A DNA stretch of 64,000 bases, from assembly GCF_964188315.1 (NCBI RefSeq), contig NC_135658.1, positions 50,654,001 through 50,718,000 on the forward strand. Direction: 5' to 3'. Each line of letters opens with the position of its first letter. The stretch's first letter is position 1. Both the position numbers and the translations under genes were made by a program. The notes below the pieces were generated by a model that had not been told where the DNA came from, searched no databases, and saw nothing but the letters and a program-made list of their open reading frames with translations. Positions 45,935-57,369 of this stretch are shown one piece after another. The stretch comes from Podarcis muralis (taxonomy: Eukaryota).

Positions 45935-46133
45935 CCCCGATAATTTACGATTTCTGGAATCTCGCACGCCCGTAGCTGCTCCCACACAGCACAGTTTCTA
46001 CATCTGTATCTGCTGCTACTTCTGTCTCTGTACAACAGCATTTCGTATCGACTATAAATAATTCGTCCTAACAAACCCTGACTCCCCTCCCAGGAGCTCT
46101 CAGCCGCAGCGTCTGCACACGCCGACATCTTTA
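45935..46133 (-). mobile_element. 5' end of the Rex1 LINE, displaced by the chromovirus
   Basis: Begins AAGATGTCGGCG (ATG at 46128) and encodes IIYSRYEMLL. Joins in frame to 40460 when the chromovirus and one TSD are removed. Confidence 0.8.
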
Positions 46134-47606
46134 TCAATCATGTATGAGGTTTTCTGAAAATCTGGATATTGAGGATATCCAGCCGGGTTCTGCCACCCAC
46201 AATTCCTGTCTCGTTCCTTGATCTCAATGAGAAGCAAGAGTTATTTTTAACCTTTTCTGCTAAAAATGCAAACAATTATTGTGTATTCTATTAATTATTA
46301 TATGTATAATATTATACACATATTATACACTTATGCTTTCCAGTAGTTGTAAAGTAACCGGCACAAAAACTCATAAACGAGAATGCATGTGATAGTATAA
46401 AAATTCTTATGTATTAATAAATGATGCTGCAGAAATGAGAGACTTAACTCCTTTATATGCATATGTTTGTGTAAAATTTTGCACATTATTAAACAGGCTT
46501 TATTTTCTTTTTTAAAAAAATAACAGTGCATAAGTGGCTGGGACATAAGCTGGGCTCAGTGTAAGATCCTATTCAGGCAAAGCTTGACTAGCTTGAAAGC
46601 ACCAAGATTCATTTAAAATTATCTCCTTCTCCATCCCTACCTATGTATGTAAATACCTGGTGGATATAAGAAACTGCCAAACCTAGAGAAATAGGTACAG
46701 TTCGGCAGTAAGAAAGGGTTCCAGACCTCTACATCTCTTTACAAATTTCATTGTGTTCAGCCTTCCAGTTCATGTAACCTTTTGATGCCATTGTAGGAGT
46801 TGTTAAAGACGCACATGCAAATGGCATTCAGATTAAATGGAAACTGAACCACAACGTTCGTTTCAAATAAAACAAACAATGCATGAAACATTATGTCTCG
46901 AAACATCTAAGCATGTGTTACATTTTGCATAACGGCCAACTTACAAATTAAAACTCTGAACTGCATGGGATATTATGGCACAGTTGAAGAATTCTTTTGA
47001 CAGTGGCAATCTTGACATGTGCCTGTTACCTGGCCTGGGCTTTCTTCCAGCATGCTGAAATGATGACTAAGCTTCTGGGGGAAATGCTTCAGTTACAAAA
47101 GGAAGGCTGGCAGCAGCGCTAAATATAAAGTGCTTGTTCATAACTTGATAAAATGGCAGAACTTTTAGCAAAAGCACCTATGGCAGTTGGCCTCTATCCT
47201 CTCACAGTCAATATGGAACCTCTAATCTGATATGCCTGCCAACAGTTTTCTTAATCTCCCTGATATTACTTAGTTTGGTACATCTGCTACTTCAGATGGT
47301 AGCATATTGCACTACCAAAGTATAGCCTTTTGATTTCACTGTGAAGTCTGTAACAAAGGAATACAAAGAACTGAAGGTGAAATAAGCTTTTAGATCTTCA
47401 AAAATGTGCATGCTCTGTATCTTCAGGCATAATAACCTACACAATTTCTTGAAACAGGGTGTGAATGAACACAAAGCTCCGCCATGGTTTCTAATAAATT
47501 GGTCCAGGTCTACCAATCTTGGACGCAGCCTATGTCATCTTCAGTATGCTTATGGCAGTATTTGTCCTGAGTACATATTTATCAACCTGTATACCCATAG
47601 TAGATA

Positions 47607-47965
47607 GGGACGTGAATGGCGCTGTGGGGTAAACCACAGAGCCTAGGACTTGCTGATCGGAAAGTTGGCGGTTCGAATCCCCGCGATGGGGTGAGCTCCC
47701 GTTGTTCAGTTCCTGCTCCTGCCAACCTAGCAGTTCGAAAGCACCCCTAAGTGCAAGTAGATAAATAGGTACCGCTCTGGCGGGGAGGTAAACGGCGTTT
47801 CCGTGCGCTGCTCTGGTTCGCCAGAAGCAGATTAGTCATGCTGGCCACATGACCCGGAAGCTGTACGCCGGCTCCCTCGGCCAATAAAGCGAGATGAGTG
47901 CCGCAACCCCAGAGTCGGTCACGACTGGACCTAATGGTCAAGGGGTCCCTTTACCTTTACCTTTA
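47607..47965 (+). mobile_element. Sauria SINE, full length
   Basis: GGGACG...TGGCGCTGTGGG A box, GGTTCGAATCC B box (47670-80) and (ACCTTT)n tail. Confidence 0.92.
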
Positions 47966-48466
47966 TACCTGTAGTAACAGTTTTCTGAAGAAAACAGCTG
48001 TTTTCCTTTATCATCATAAGTCTAAACCCTCAAGGCAGCACATAATGTAATTCATTGTTATTATGCTTATTGCTTTGCCAGTACACTGCAACATTTTATA
48101 TTAGCAAGGCCTTATTAAAGGATGTGTTAAGAGGCTGTTGATATTGCAAAACAAATTTTAGTGGTATTTTTCCCTGCATGACTTATGCCCCAAAGTGTTC
48201 AAGCACCAAACACTTGAGAAGAAGTTAAGGACATTGATTCAACCCCTCCCACCCAAAAGGTAAGCAAGAGGGACTTACATAAATACATAGTACTGAATCC
48301 TGCAACAGGAATCCCCCCCACACACAATGATCCAGCCTCATTAATACAGCATTTGTGTGTGCATGATATCCTGGGTGCAGGACTTACCGTATATGCAGAA
48401 TTTAAGAGCACAATCATATATTATACTCGTCACTTGCAAAGAAAATGCACCCCAGTTCAATGGGGC

Positions 48467-48753
48467 GTGTTGTTGTTGTTGTTTAGTCGTTTAGTCGTGT
48501 CCGACTCTTCGTGACCCCATGGACCAGAGCACGCCAGGCACCTCTGTCCTCCACTACCTCCCGCAGTTTGGTCAAACTCATGCTGGTAACCTCGAAAACA
48601 CTATCCAACCATCTCGTCCTCTGTCGCCCCCTTCTCCTTGTGCCCTCCATCTTTCCCAGCATCAGTGTCTTCTCCAGGGAGTCTTCTCTTCTCATGAGGT
48701 GGCCAAAGTACTGGAGCCTCAGCTTCACGATCTGTCCTTCCAGTGAGCACTCA
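48467..48753 (-). mobile_element. Bov-B LINE, 5'-truncated 3' end
   Basis: ORF KLRLQYFGHLMRREDSLEKTLMLGK...GRQRTRWLD...VHGVTKSRTRLND. (CAA)n tail. TSD TCAATGGGGC (48457-66, 48754-63). Confidence 0.93.
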
Positions 48754-48925
48754 TCAATGGGGCATACTCTCTAGTAATTGGGTATAGGACTGCAGCCTAA
48801 GGCTACAATGCTATGCTCAGTTGCCTGGTCTCAATGGAACTTACTTTTCAATGGTAATGCATCAAATTGTGTTTTAAATGACACAACATCATTAAACTAT
48901 GGAATGAAGTTTTCTGTATATCAGT

Positions 48926-49113
48926 GGCTACTAGCCATGATGGCTATGCTCTGCCTCCACAGTTGGAGGCCAAAGCCACAGAAGGAGAGAGTGCTCTTGT
49001 TCTCAAATCCTGCTTGCAGGTTTCTCCCAAGCATCGGTTGACCACTATGAGAGCAAGATGCTGGACTAAATGGGCCATTGGCCTAATCCAGCTGGCCCCT
49101 CTTATATCCTTAT
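48926..49113 (+). mobile_element. Squam3-like SINE 3' part
   Basis: GGCTACTAGCCATGATGGCT...GATGCTGGACTAAATGGGCCATTGGCCTAATCCAGC. Related relics at ~1450 and ~3560. Confidence 0.5.
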
Positions 49114-49367
49114 TCAGTTGCTGTTGTTGTTGTTAATTGAATTTATATACTGCCCTATACCCAGAGGTCTCAGAATGGTTCACAGAATGAAATCAAAATA
49201 TAAAACCACAAAATACATAATCAAAATAAAAGGCACAACCCAATAACCCATCTAAAAAACCCCACATTTTAAAAGCCACATTTTAAAAGTCAGCATACCT
49301 TGCTGCATGTGAGTAAAATATGTGGTTGATCAGAAAACACACATATATATATATATTTAGATGATGA

Positions 49368-49625
49368 TGATAATAATAATAATAATAACAACAACAACAA
49401 CAATAATTTATTTATTATTTAAACCCCACCCATCTGGCGGGGTTTCCCCAGCCACTCTGGGCGGCTCCAAACAGAATATTAAAAACATGATAAAACATCA
49501 AACATTTAAAACTTCCCTAAACAGATGTCTTCTAAAAGTCAGATAGTTGTTTATTTCCTTGGTATCTGATGGGAGGGTGTTTCACTGGGCAGGCACCACT
49601 ACTGAGAAGGCCCTCTGCCTGGTTC
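49368..49625 (-). mobile_element. L2-clade LINE 3' fragment with (ATT)/(GTT) tail
   Basis: Reverse complement of the 9.8-10.1 kb element. Confidence 0.75.
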
Positions 49626-50363
49626 TACTTACTAATACTTAGCTTACTACTTCAATTTCATATTGAGGTCTTTATACTTCCCCCTGACTTTATGGAAGTT
49701 AGGCTCCTCATAAAAAATAAAATAAACAAATAGTACTTTGGCACTAATGGAATTCTGCCTACAACGACACAAATGGTGTTACATGAACCACATGAAAAAT
49801 TAATTTAGGTAATGCAGATTTCTTCTGTGTACAATAGAATCTTATCTAACCATCAGTAGCATTGTTTTTAAATTAAACATTATGGAAATACTTGCAATAA
49901 AGCCACAGAATAGCCATGCCTTGCTCTGTTTGATATGTAAAAGTTTATTTCTTGTAATTAACCCTTTACAATGATCTTATTGAGCTTCTGCCTGCCTGTA
50001 ATACCGCATCTATTTTAAATTGTGTTAAAAGCAAGCTTTTGGAGTGTGTTTATTTGTTCACCTGTATATGTGTTACTGATTTCAATAATGATGCATAATG
50101 GATGAGAAACAAAAGTCTAAGTGCCCTGGGGGCAGCAGTCATACACAGGCCAAAGCTGGCTCCATTGAAATCAGTTGACATTAATTGCTTAACAGTACAT
50201 TCAATTCCCACAGATTTCTGAGATGTCGCCAAGTAACCGTAACTTTGTATATGTACAAAATGCGGATGCAAGGCTGTGAAATCATGAAACTGAAGATGAC
50301 TGAAGCATGAAAGATGAACGACATACTGAAACTGTATGCAGTGATAAACATGCTAGCATTGTA

Positions 50364-50594
50364 CAGTGGTACCTCGGGTTAAGTACTTAATTCGTTCCAG
50401 AGGTCCGTTCTTAACCTGAAACTGTTCTTAACCTAAAGCACCACTTTAGGTAATGGGGCCTCCCGCTGCTGCCACACAATTTCTGTTCTCATCCTGAAGC
50501 AAAGTTCTTAACCCAAGGTACTATTTCTAGGTTAGCGGAGTCTGTAACCTGAAGCGTATGTAACCTGAAGCGTATGTAACCCGAGATACCACTG
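50364..50594. mobile_element. Tc1/mariner (pogo/Tigger-like) MITE
   Basis: TIR CAGTGGTACCTCGG...CCGAGATACCACTG with TA on both sides. Same family as 6635-6842. Confidence 0.85.
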
Positions 50595-50643
50595 TATCTG
50601 ACTATATCATAGTCTGACGCACTGAAAGCCACTTGGTCATGAA

Positions 50644-51011
50644 CATGGGTCGGCAAACTAAGGTCCGTGGGCCGGATCAGGCCCAATTGCCTTCTGGATC
50701 TGGCCCACGAACAGTGAGAATCGCCACATGGATCACCAGCACGCAGGTTCTTTCCCTCTCCCTCTCACACGGCTTTGTTGGTGCCAGCAGCAGCAGCGCT
50801 CGAGTGGCCTCCATTTTAAGCAGCCCCCCTCCAGAGCCCCTTTCTGTCCCGCCTCTGCTGCCAGCCCCTGCCTCTCACAAGACACAGGTAAGCACCCACC
50901 AGGGCTCATGGTGCTCTTGCATTATTATTATTTTTTCCCAAAATATAGTCCAGCCCCCCACAAGGTCTGAGGGACAGTGGACCGGCCTGCTAAAAAGTTT
51001 GCTGACCCCTG
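50644..51011. mobile_element. hAT MITE
   Basis: CATGGGTCGGCAAACT...AGTTTGCTGACCCCTG TIR. 8-bp TSD GTCATGAA/ATCATGAA. Confidence 0.8.
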
Positions 51012-51373
51012 ATCATGAATAAGGGTGCTTCCTAATAAATCTTTATAATGGGATTACTGTTCCCACTGCATGCAATGCTTTTTTTGCAGCGCCCACAAAA
51101 TGTCATGAGCATTAAAACGGTATTGTGTGGTTCCAACCCCTTTTATTTGAGTTTTCCCTTTCCAGGGAAAACTCTAATACCTTTAAAAAGCCCTGTTGCC
51201 AGCAACTCATTTGAAGGACCTCAAGGGCCTGTTTTTGGTATTAAGCCTCGATCAGCAAGCAGTCCATTGATTTCAGTGAGCCTACTCAGAGTGTGACTGA
51301 GATAGAAACCTTACTATTTAAAGCTCTAGACATGTCCTCATTATTGTTGTCACAAAGCAGACTAACATGGAAC

Positions 51374-51782
51374 TAGGGATGCGGGAGAAAATCGATGCCT
51401 CTTGCCTTTACAGGTGAACCTCCCTAATTTGCTCTTTCTGGAACAATATGAGAAAAGAACCATCCCTTCAAAATTCACACATTTCCAGTTTTCACAATGC
51501 AGTTATCCAGCCAAGTAATCTGTACAAAAATGCCTGTAAGGCGTGAATGAAAAAGCGTGCATTAGTGAAAATAGCATGTAAATGGATTAAATTAAGCAGA
51601 TTGCTTTGTAATAATGTGTGTGCTAGACAAAACTGCAGACAAACATGTTGCTGATGAATTTTCATACTTTTTAAACACGCACACAAACACGCAAAATGAT
51701 GTGGGTATGTGGAGAACTGAACTTGAGATTGGAAAAATGAGAAACTGAGACAAACCAAAATTGGCTGATTTGCCCATCTCTA
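51374..51782. mobile_element. Non-autonomous DNA element (TAGGGATG...CATCTCTA ends), degenerate
   Basis: Short inverted termini. Related fragments near 19.2-19.4 kb and 6.5-6.9 kb. Confidence 0.5.
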
Positions 51783-52815
51783 CATGGAACATAGGAAGGA
51801 ATACAGCGTTGTGTTATTCCGGTTGTTCTGTCAGCAAAAGCAGTTTAGCTTGTTTGATGGAACAATCTCCCCTCTCCTCCTCCAGCATGCTGTTCTAGGG
51901 TTCTCCAGACTTATTGGGACAAGGAGAAGCGTGGCCCTAGCAGGACTCATTACACTGGATCCTGCTAGCATACACATTTAGTTGAATCTGGTCCATAGGC
52001 AGAAAATCAGAGAACTGGTCTGCCTAGGTTGGTGTACTCTGATTTGTAATGTTTCTCCAGGAACTTTTCCCAGCTCTACCTGGAGACGCCAGTGATTGAA
52101 CCTGAGTCTTTCTGCATGCAAGTCAGATGTTTTCCCATTGAGCTACAGTCCCTCCCAATGGCTATTCCTCTGGAATCCAATATTGGTATTGTTGTTGCTT
52201 AGTTCAGGATAGCTACTTACAGTCCAGGTTTCAGACAGGCATTTCCCTCAGCTCTAGTTGGAAATGCCAGGGACTGAACCTGGGGACTTCTGCATGTACC
52301 CTCAGCATGGGCTCTTCTGTACAGATTGATTTAGACTGACCTTTCCCAACTGGTGGCTTCTAGATGCTGCTGGACTAAAACTCTCAACTATGCCAGTTGG
52401 GGCTGATTTGAGTTGTAGCCCAAAACATCTGGGAGACACCAGGTAGAAGAAAGCTAATTTAGATCAAGAATTTGGAATAGAGGAAAGCGTTAAATCTTCC
52501 CAGCCTGAGCATTGCTACTCCAAGCCAATTTGCACTCACAATCTCTGCTTTTCATTTTTTAAAAAAAGTGTTGGAAGAACCAATGTGACATGTAGTTTGT
52601 CCTTGAAGGTTAGGAAGCTGTGACATCATTAAGAGAGGAAGCAGAGAGTTTCCACTGTGGGTGGGAATTTAAAATTACTTCATTTATTTATTATAGCACA
52701 CTAGGCATTCTCTCTAAAGTCACTAGTGTGGTCTTGCACATGGTCAAGTAATTACTGATTTAGCAGATGGTGGTGGTGGTTTGAAATCTTACAAATAAGG
52801 GCCATACATACAAAG

Positions 52816-52985
52816 GGGAATGGCTTTACCTCAGTAGTAGAGGAGTAGTTTTGCATTCAGAAGGTCCCAGGTTTAATGTTCAGGTAGGGCTGGGAATGTC
52901 CCTCTGTCTGAAATCTTAGACAGCTGGTCTGTATGACCATGGACAATACTGAGTTAGATGGCCCCCTTTGATCAATGGATAGGCA
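52816..52985 (+). mobile_element. Squam3-like tRNA-derived SINE
   Basis: CTCAGTAGTAGAG...AGAAGGTCCCAGGTTTAA head followed by the CAGGTAGGGCTGGG core. Confidence 0.5.
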
Positions 52986-54420
52986 ATATGACAACTCCAG
53001 CAATCTATGAACAGATTGCTTTCAGACAAAGATTATATATGGACAAATATAATGATATATCAAACATATTTATTGAAACCATAGTGATTTGTGAACTGAT
53101 GTATACTTGAGGGAAATAATAAGCTCATCTACTTGCATACATATATACTACATAGTTTTGTAACCTTAATTACATTTTATTGTCATTTCGAGATTGTTTT
53201 CCTCTGCTTCCTTTTGTTTTTATGGATTTTCTTCTTCTTTCCCCCCTTTTCTTTTCTCTTCACTTTAATTCACTGTAAAACTTTAAATAATAGATGCACC
53301 AGTGGTCTGACTCAGTAGAAGGCAATTTCCTATGTCCCTAAGAAGCTGTGTGCTACTCATCTGATGTCTACCCCATAAATGGTTACTTAGTTAGCAAATT
53401 ACTTAACAAAACCAGCAGAGATTTTGTGCACACATTAGACATCAAAACATATTCTGAGAGGCAGAGAGATGTGCCATCTCTTGCTACTGCTTCCACTTTT
53501 ATATGTCCTCAGAGATGATCGGGTAACTTATTATCCAACAGTTTCCCCAGCTTACTGTAATCACTTCTGTCTGTTTGAAATTATTAACATGCATGAACAT
53601 GAACGGTAAGAACAGAAGGTTTTTACACATTTTCCTCCAAATTTACTGAAGACGCTTTAGCAGCAATTAAATTGGAAGCCCTTCAGAATTTAGATTAACA
53701 ACAGGCAACAAACAGTTCAGTTTAACCTAGGAGGTTATCCTTACTGTTTTCCAAAAGGCAATCGATCCAGTTTCCGATAGTGGAATCTAACACAATTCCC
53801 CACCTGCTTCACAAAAACCTCTTTCACAATACAGCATCATGCCGGAAAGGCATGAGTGGAAATGATGGCAGCCTGCAGCCTGAGGACATCCCTCTCTTGT
53901 TTACCATAGAGGGATTAGCTCAGTGTTTAGAATTTAAAGGGGTGAAATGATAAAACTAGCAAAAGGTAAGCTTACTCACCCCATCCCGCTTCTGTGACAT
54001 ATTTCATTGGATTCAATCACAGGCTAACTGGTTTAGAAAAGTGGCAAGCTGAATTTAAGATTGGGAAAATGAGATATAGAGAACTGATATGGGCAGTTTT
54101 GTCCACTCCTGTTGGGAAACACACATTTTACATGGTAATATTATGCCGATGCAAACCAGCCTTAAAACATTTCATTGACCAAAAGAGAGAACCAATCGCA
54201 TAGCCCTCTTAAGTGCTGTCTTATAATTTATCTTTCATCAACTAATCATGTAGGATTCTTTTCTTGCTTAAGAAACCACTGTCTGGTAAGTATGTCAAGC
54301 AGTTTTAAAAATAATGTTCTTGAGATCTTCTACATTACAAATCATTACTAAGACAGCATGTGGGTTTATCTAGTCAGCATGCCCACACTGAAAAATTCAA
54401 GTTGTACTTTATGCAGTGAC

Positions 54421-54457
<37 letters not shown>

Positions 54458-54583
54458 TTATTATTTCTATGTTGCGCATCTGGCTGGGTTTCCCCAGCCA
54501 CTCTAGGCGGCTTCCAACAGAAGATTAAAAATACATTAAAACATCAGTCATTAAAAACTTCCCTAAACAGGGCTGCCTTCAGA

Positions 54584-54586
<3 letters not shown>
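54421..54586 (-). mobile_element. L2-clade LINE 3' end with expanded (ATT)n tail
   Basis: Same family as 49368-49625. Confidence 0.7.

Positions 54587-54640
<54 letters not shown>
54587..54640. repeat. (CTTT)n microsatellite
   Basis: Directly visible. Confidence 0.95.
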
Positions 54641-55014
54641 AGAATGTAGGCTTGCCATACGTCAGGAAAATTCCTGACACGTACCGATTTTTCAGGTGTA
54701 AAAATGGCATCAGGAGAAATTTTGCCGATGTATGGCAATGCGATGGGAAAAGCAGTGGAAACAGTTTTGGGGAAATTTCTCTTTTCAAAATATGGTTTGT
54801 AAATTTATCCTTAGCCTGAAGATACAATTGGCCACTGAAAGTAAATGAGGTATCTGGTTGAGCCACATTGTCACCTTTGACAGGACTTAACCATCTAGAT
54901 ATCCTCTACCTTTTACCTTTATTGATGTAGGGGGGCGCTAAAAGTACTGTGCTGAATACCCCCTAAATTTTAGGGGGTAAGGTTAAAGCTCATTTCAGGG
55001 TTTAGGGCCTAAAA

Positions 55015-55341
55015 CAGCGCTTGGCAACATGTGGCCTATGGGCCAGATGTGGCCCTTGAAGACCATTTTACCAGCCCATGAGCCACCCCTGAACTGAGCC
55101 GCCCACTCGGCGAGTCCCCTGCACGCTGTGCTAAACGGTCACAGTGCGGGATTTGCTGAGTGGCGCGAAAATTGCGCCTGCGCACGCGGCAGATACTGGA
55201 AATCGCATCTGCGCATGTCCAGATGCTGAAAATCGCTTCTGCGCGGGCGCAATTTTCAGCGTCATGCAGTGCCAGTCCAGCCCACAGACAATCTCTGTGG
55301 GAGTGATCCAGCCCATGGCCGGTAAACCTTGCCCACCCCTG
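55015..55341. mobile_element. hAT MITE
   Basis: Perfect 8-bp TSD GCCTAAAA (55007-14, 55342-49). TIR CAGCGCTTGGCAA / TTGCCCACCCCTG. Confidence 0.85.
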
Positions 55342-56585
55342 GCCTAAAACCTGGAGTCAGCACTGCCAGTACCTCCATTTTCCACAGGACCCTTATTTCC
55401 ACAGGGTGCCTTAGTTCTGCAGCTGCTATTCTGAGCATTTTGACTGTTCTCCTGGCTTCAGAGCCACAGACTGAGCTGAACAGATTGTGAGCCTGAAAAC
55501 TTTTTAAATGTGTGCTAATAAAACTCAAAATGCATTTTGCCTGGGGTATCCCAAAGGCAACATACAGCTATTATGCTTTGAAATCATTTCAGAACAGAAA
55601 ACAAAGTCATACTTCTCATAACGTAGGTATTGTGGTATCCTTGGAAACAAACGGTTTAGGACGTAGAAGATGAAAGGGGAATGACTCTCAGCATTGACCT
55701 ATACTAAAAGCAGGTGGACTCTTGTCATTTTCTATTAAGCCAGGAGTCAGCATTTTAGTGCTCCTGCCTTGCTTTCTGAGGAGGAATTTCAGAATGCAAC
55801 ATTTTTTTAAAATGTTGCCATTCCATGTATTATTTATTTAGAGATTTATTGGTTAACAATTCTCTGGGCAGTTCACACACAATTCAAGCAGTAACAACAT
55901 TAAAACACAAAAAATCAATACAATATCCACATAATAACCAGTGAAAGTAGCATAAAATCATTCACTACACCATATTATGAAATGTGGGGGTGGGGGGTTT
56001 GTACACATTACTTAAAAGCAAAGATAGTAAGAAGAGAGAACAGAACCAAACACAGGAAGATATCTATTGCTTAGATAGTTTTTATGAGGCGACTAATAAA
56101 TATAACTAAATATTCTTCTAATGGAAAAACAATACTTCTGATTAAATCACTGTATTTCTTAAGCATTAACATCTCCCCGAAGATTTTTTTGGGGGGAGGG
56201 GGTCATTGCTTGAGACCTATTAATATTTATTTATCATTATTTATTCACTAGGGCTCAAGTCCTGAACTTATGGAGAAGAACTGAAGATTTGTGTTATTAT
56301 ATTAAAGGAGGTAAAAAATAATAATAGTATTAATACAATGTATTCTCTTCCCGCAAACTGCTTTTTCTCTGATTTATCGAATGGCATGCTTACATGTTAT
56401 GGTAACTATAGGAATGAAATTAAAAACTAATGGCAGGAGACAGGGCCAACCAGGATCTGGACCACAGTGCAAAGGCAGGAGGGTTAATGCCTCCTATCAC
56501 CATCCACTACTGAGGTACTGAAGAACGTTCCCTTTGAGCTGTTATTAGCCCAAGGAGAGAAGCTCCCATTGATGACAACAGAAAT

Positions 56586-56637
56586 CTTCCTTCCTTCCTT
56601 CCTTCCTTCCTTCCTTCCTTCCTTCCTTCCTTCCTTC
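56586..56637. repeat. (CTTC)n microsatellite
   Basis: Directly visible. Confidence 0.95.
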
Positions 56638-56860
56638 TAACAATCTAAAAGTGGTGACTTTCATTGGTATTTCAGGGGGAGGGGGGAAAGTGGTGAGATG
56701 TTTGAGTTGGCAATCCATTCCCCTTTCCCTCTTTACTGGCTTTATAAGTTTGCTTTCACATAATTAACACAATGTGTAGCTTGATCCTAAGTCTATCGGC
56801 AAGATAGATTACACTGGTTCTGCAGCATTGTTGGGCAGGATCTGATCAGATGCAGAACAA

Positions 56861-57369
56861 CGGCATTTTACCATTGTACTGTTGAGAGTGTATTAATTTA
56901 TGGTCTGTGTGTGTGGTTTGGGAACTGCACGGTCAGGGGAAAAACAATGCTTTCCAGGGTTGTAAAGACTGCGGAGAGAATAATTGGGTGCACTCTTCCC
57001 ACCTTGGATCAAACCTATGCTTCCAGGTGCCATAAGAAAGCTGCAGAGATAGCGCAGGATAGTGCTCACTCCAGAAATGATCTCTTTCAGCTGCTGCCTT
57101 CTGGAAGAAGGTACAGGGTTATAAAGACTAGGACTAGCCGCCTGAGAAACAGTTTCTATCCAAATGCGATTTTGGTTTTAAACGCAGTGTAAGGAGTCTC
57201 TATGGGAGTATATTGTATTTAAAAATGGGGTATCAGAGTTTTTAGGGGGCTAACCAGGTTGGGATAGCTGGGATAGCAGACTTGCTGGTTTTTGAATGTC
57301 TTACGTAGATTTTTCAATTTTGTTGTTCATGGGACAATGACAATAAAGATTATCATATCGTATTGTATA
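56861..57369 (+). mobile_element. Rex1/Babar LINE, 5'-truncated copy
   Basis: Aligns by eye to the 3' end of the 37.5 kb copy. Encodes LSRVVKTAERIIG...FQLLPSGRRYR...RLRNSFYPNAI*. Ends GACAATAAAGATT...TATTGTATA. Confidence 0.88.

Noticed and set aside
46651-46692. 26-nt minus-strand micro-exon (TTTCTCTAG...CAG|GTATTT)
   Set aside because: Signals of this strength occur by chance in 64 kb, and no peptide was recognised.
47607-47690. tRNA gene (A and B boxes; also 9480-9568)
   Set aside because: These are tRNA-derived SINE heads followed by SINE body and tail. No complete cloverleaf.
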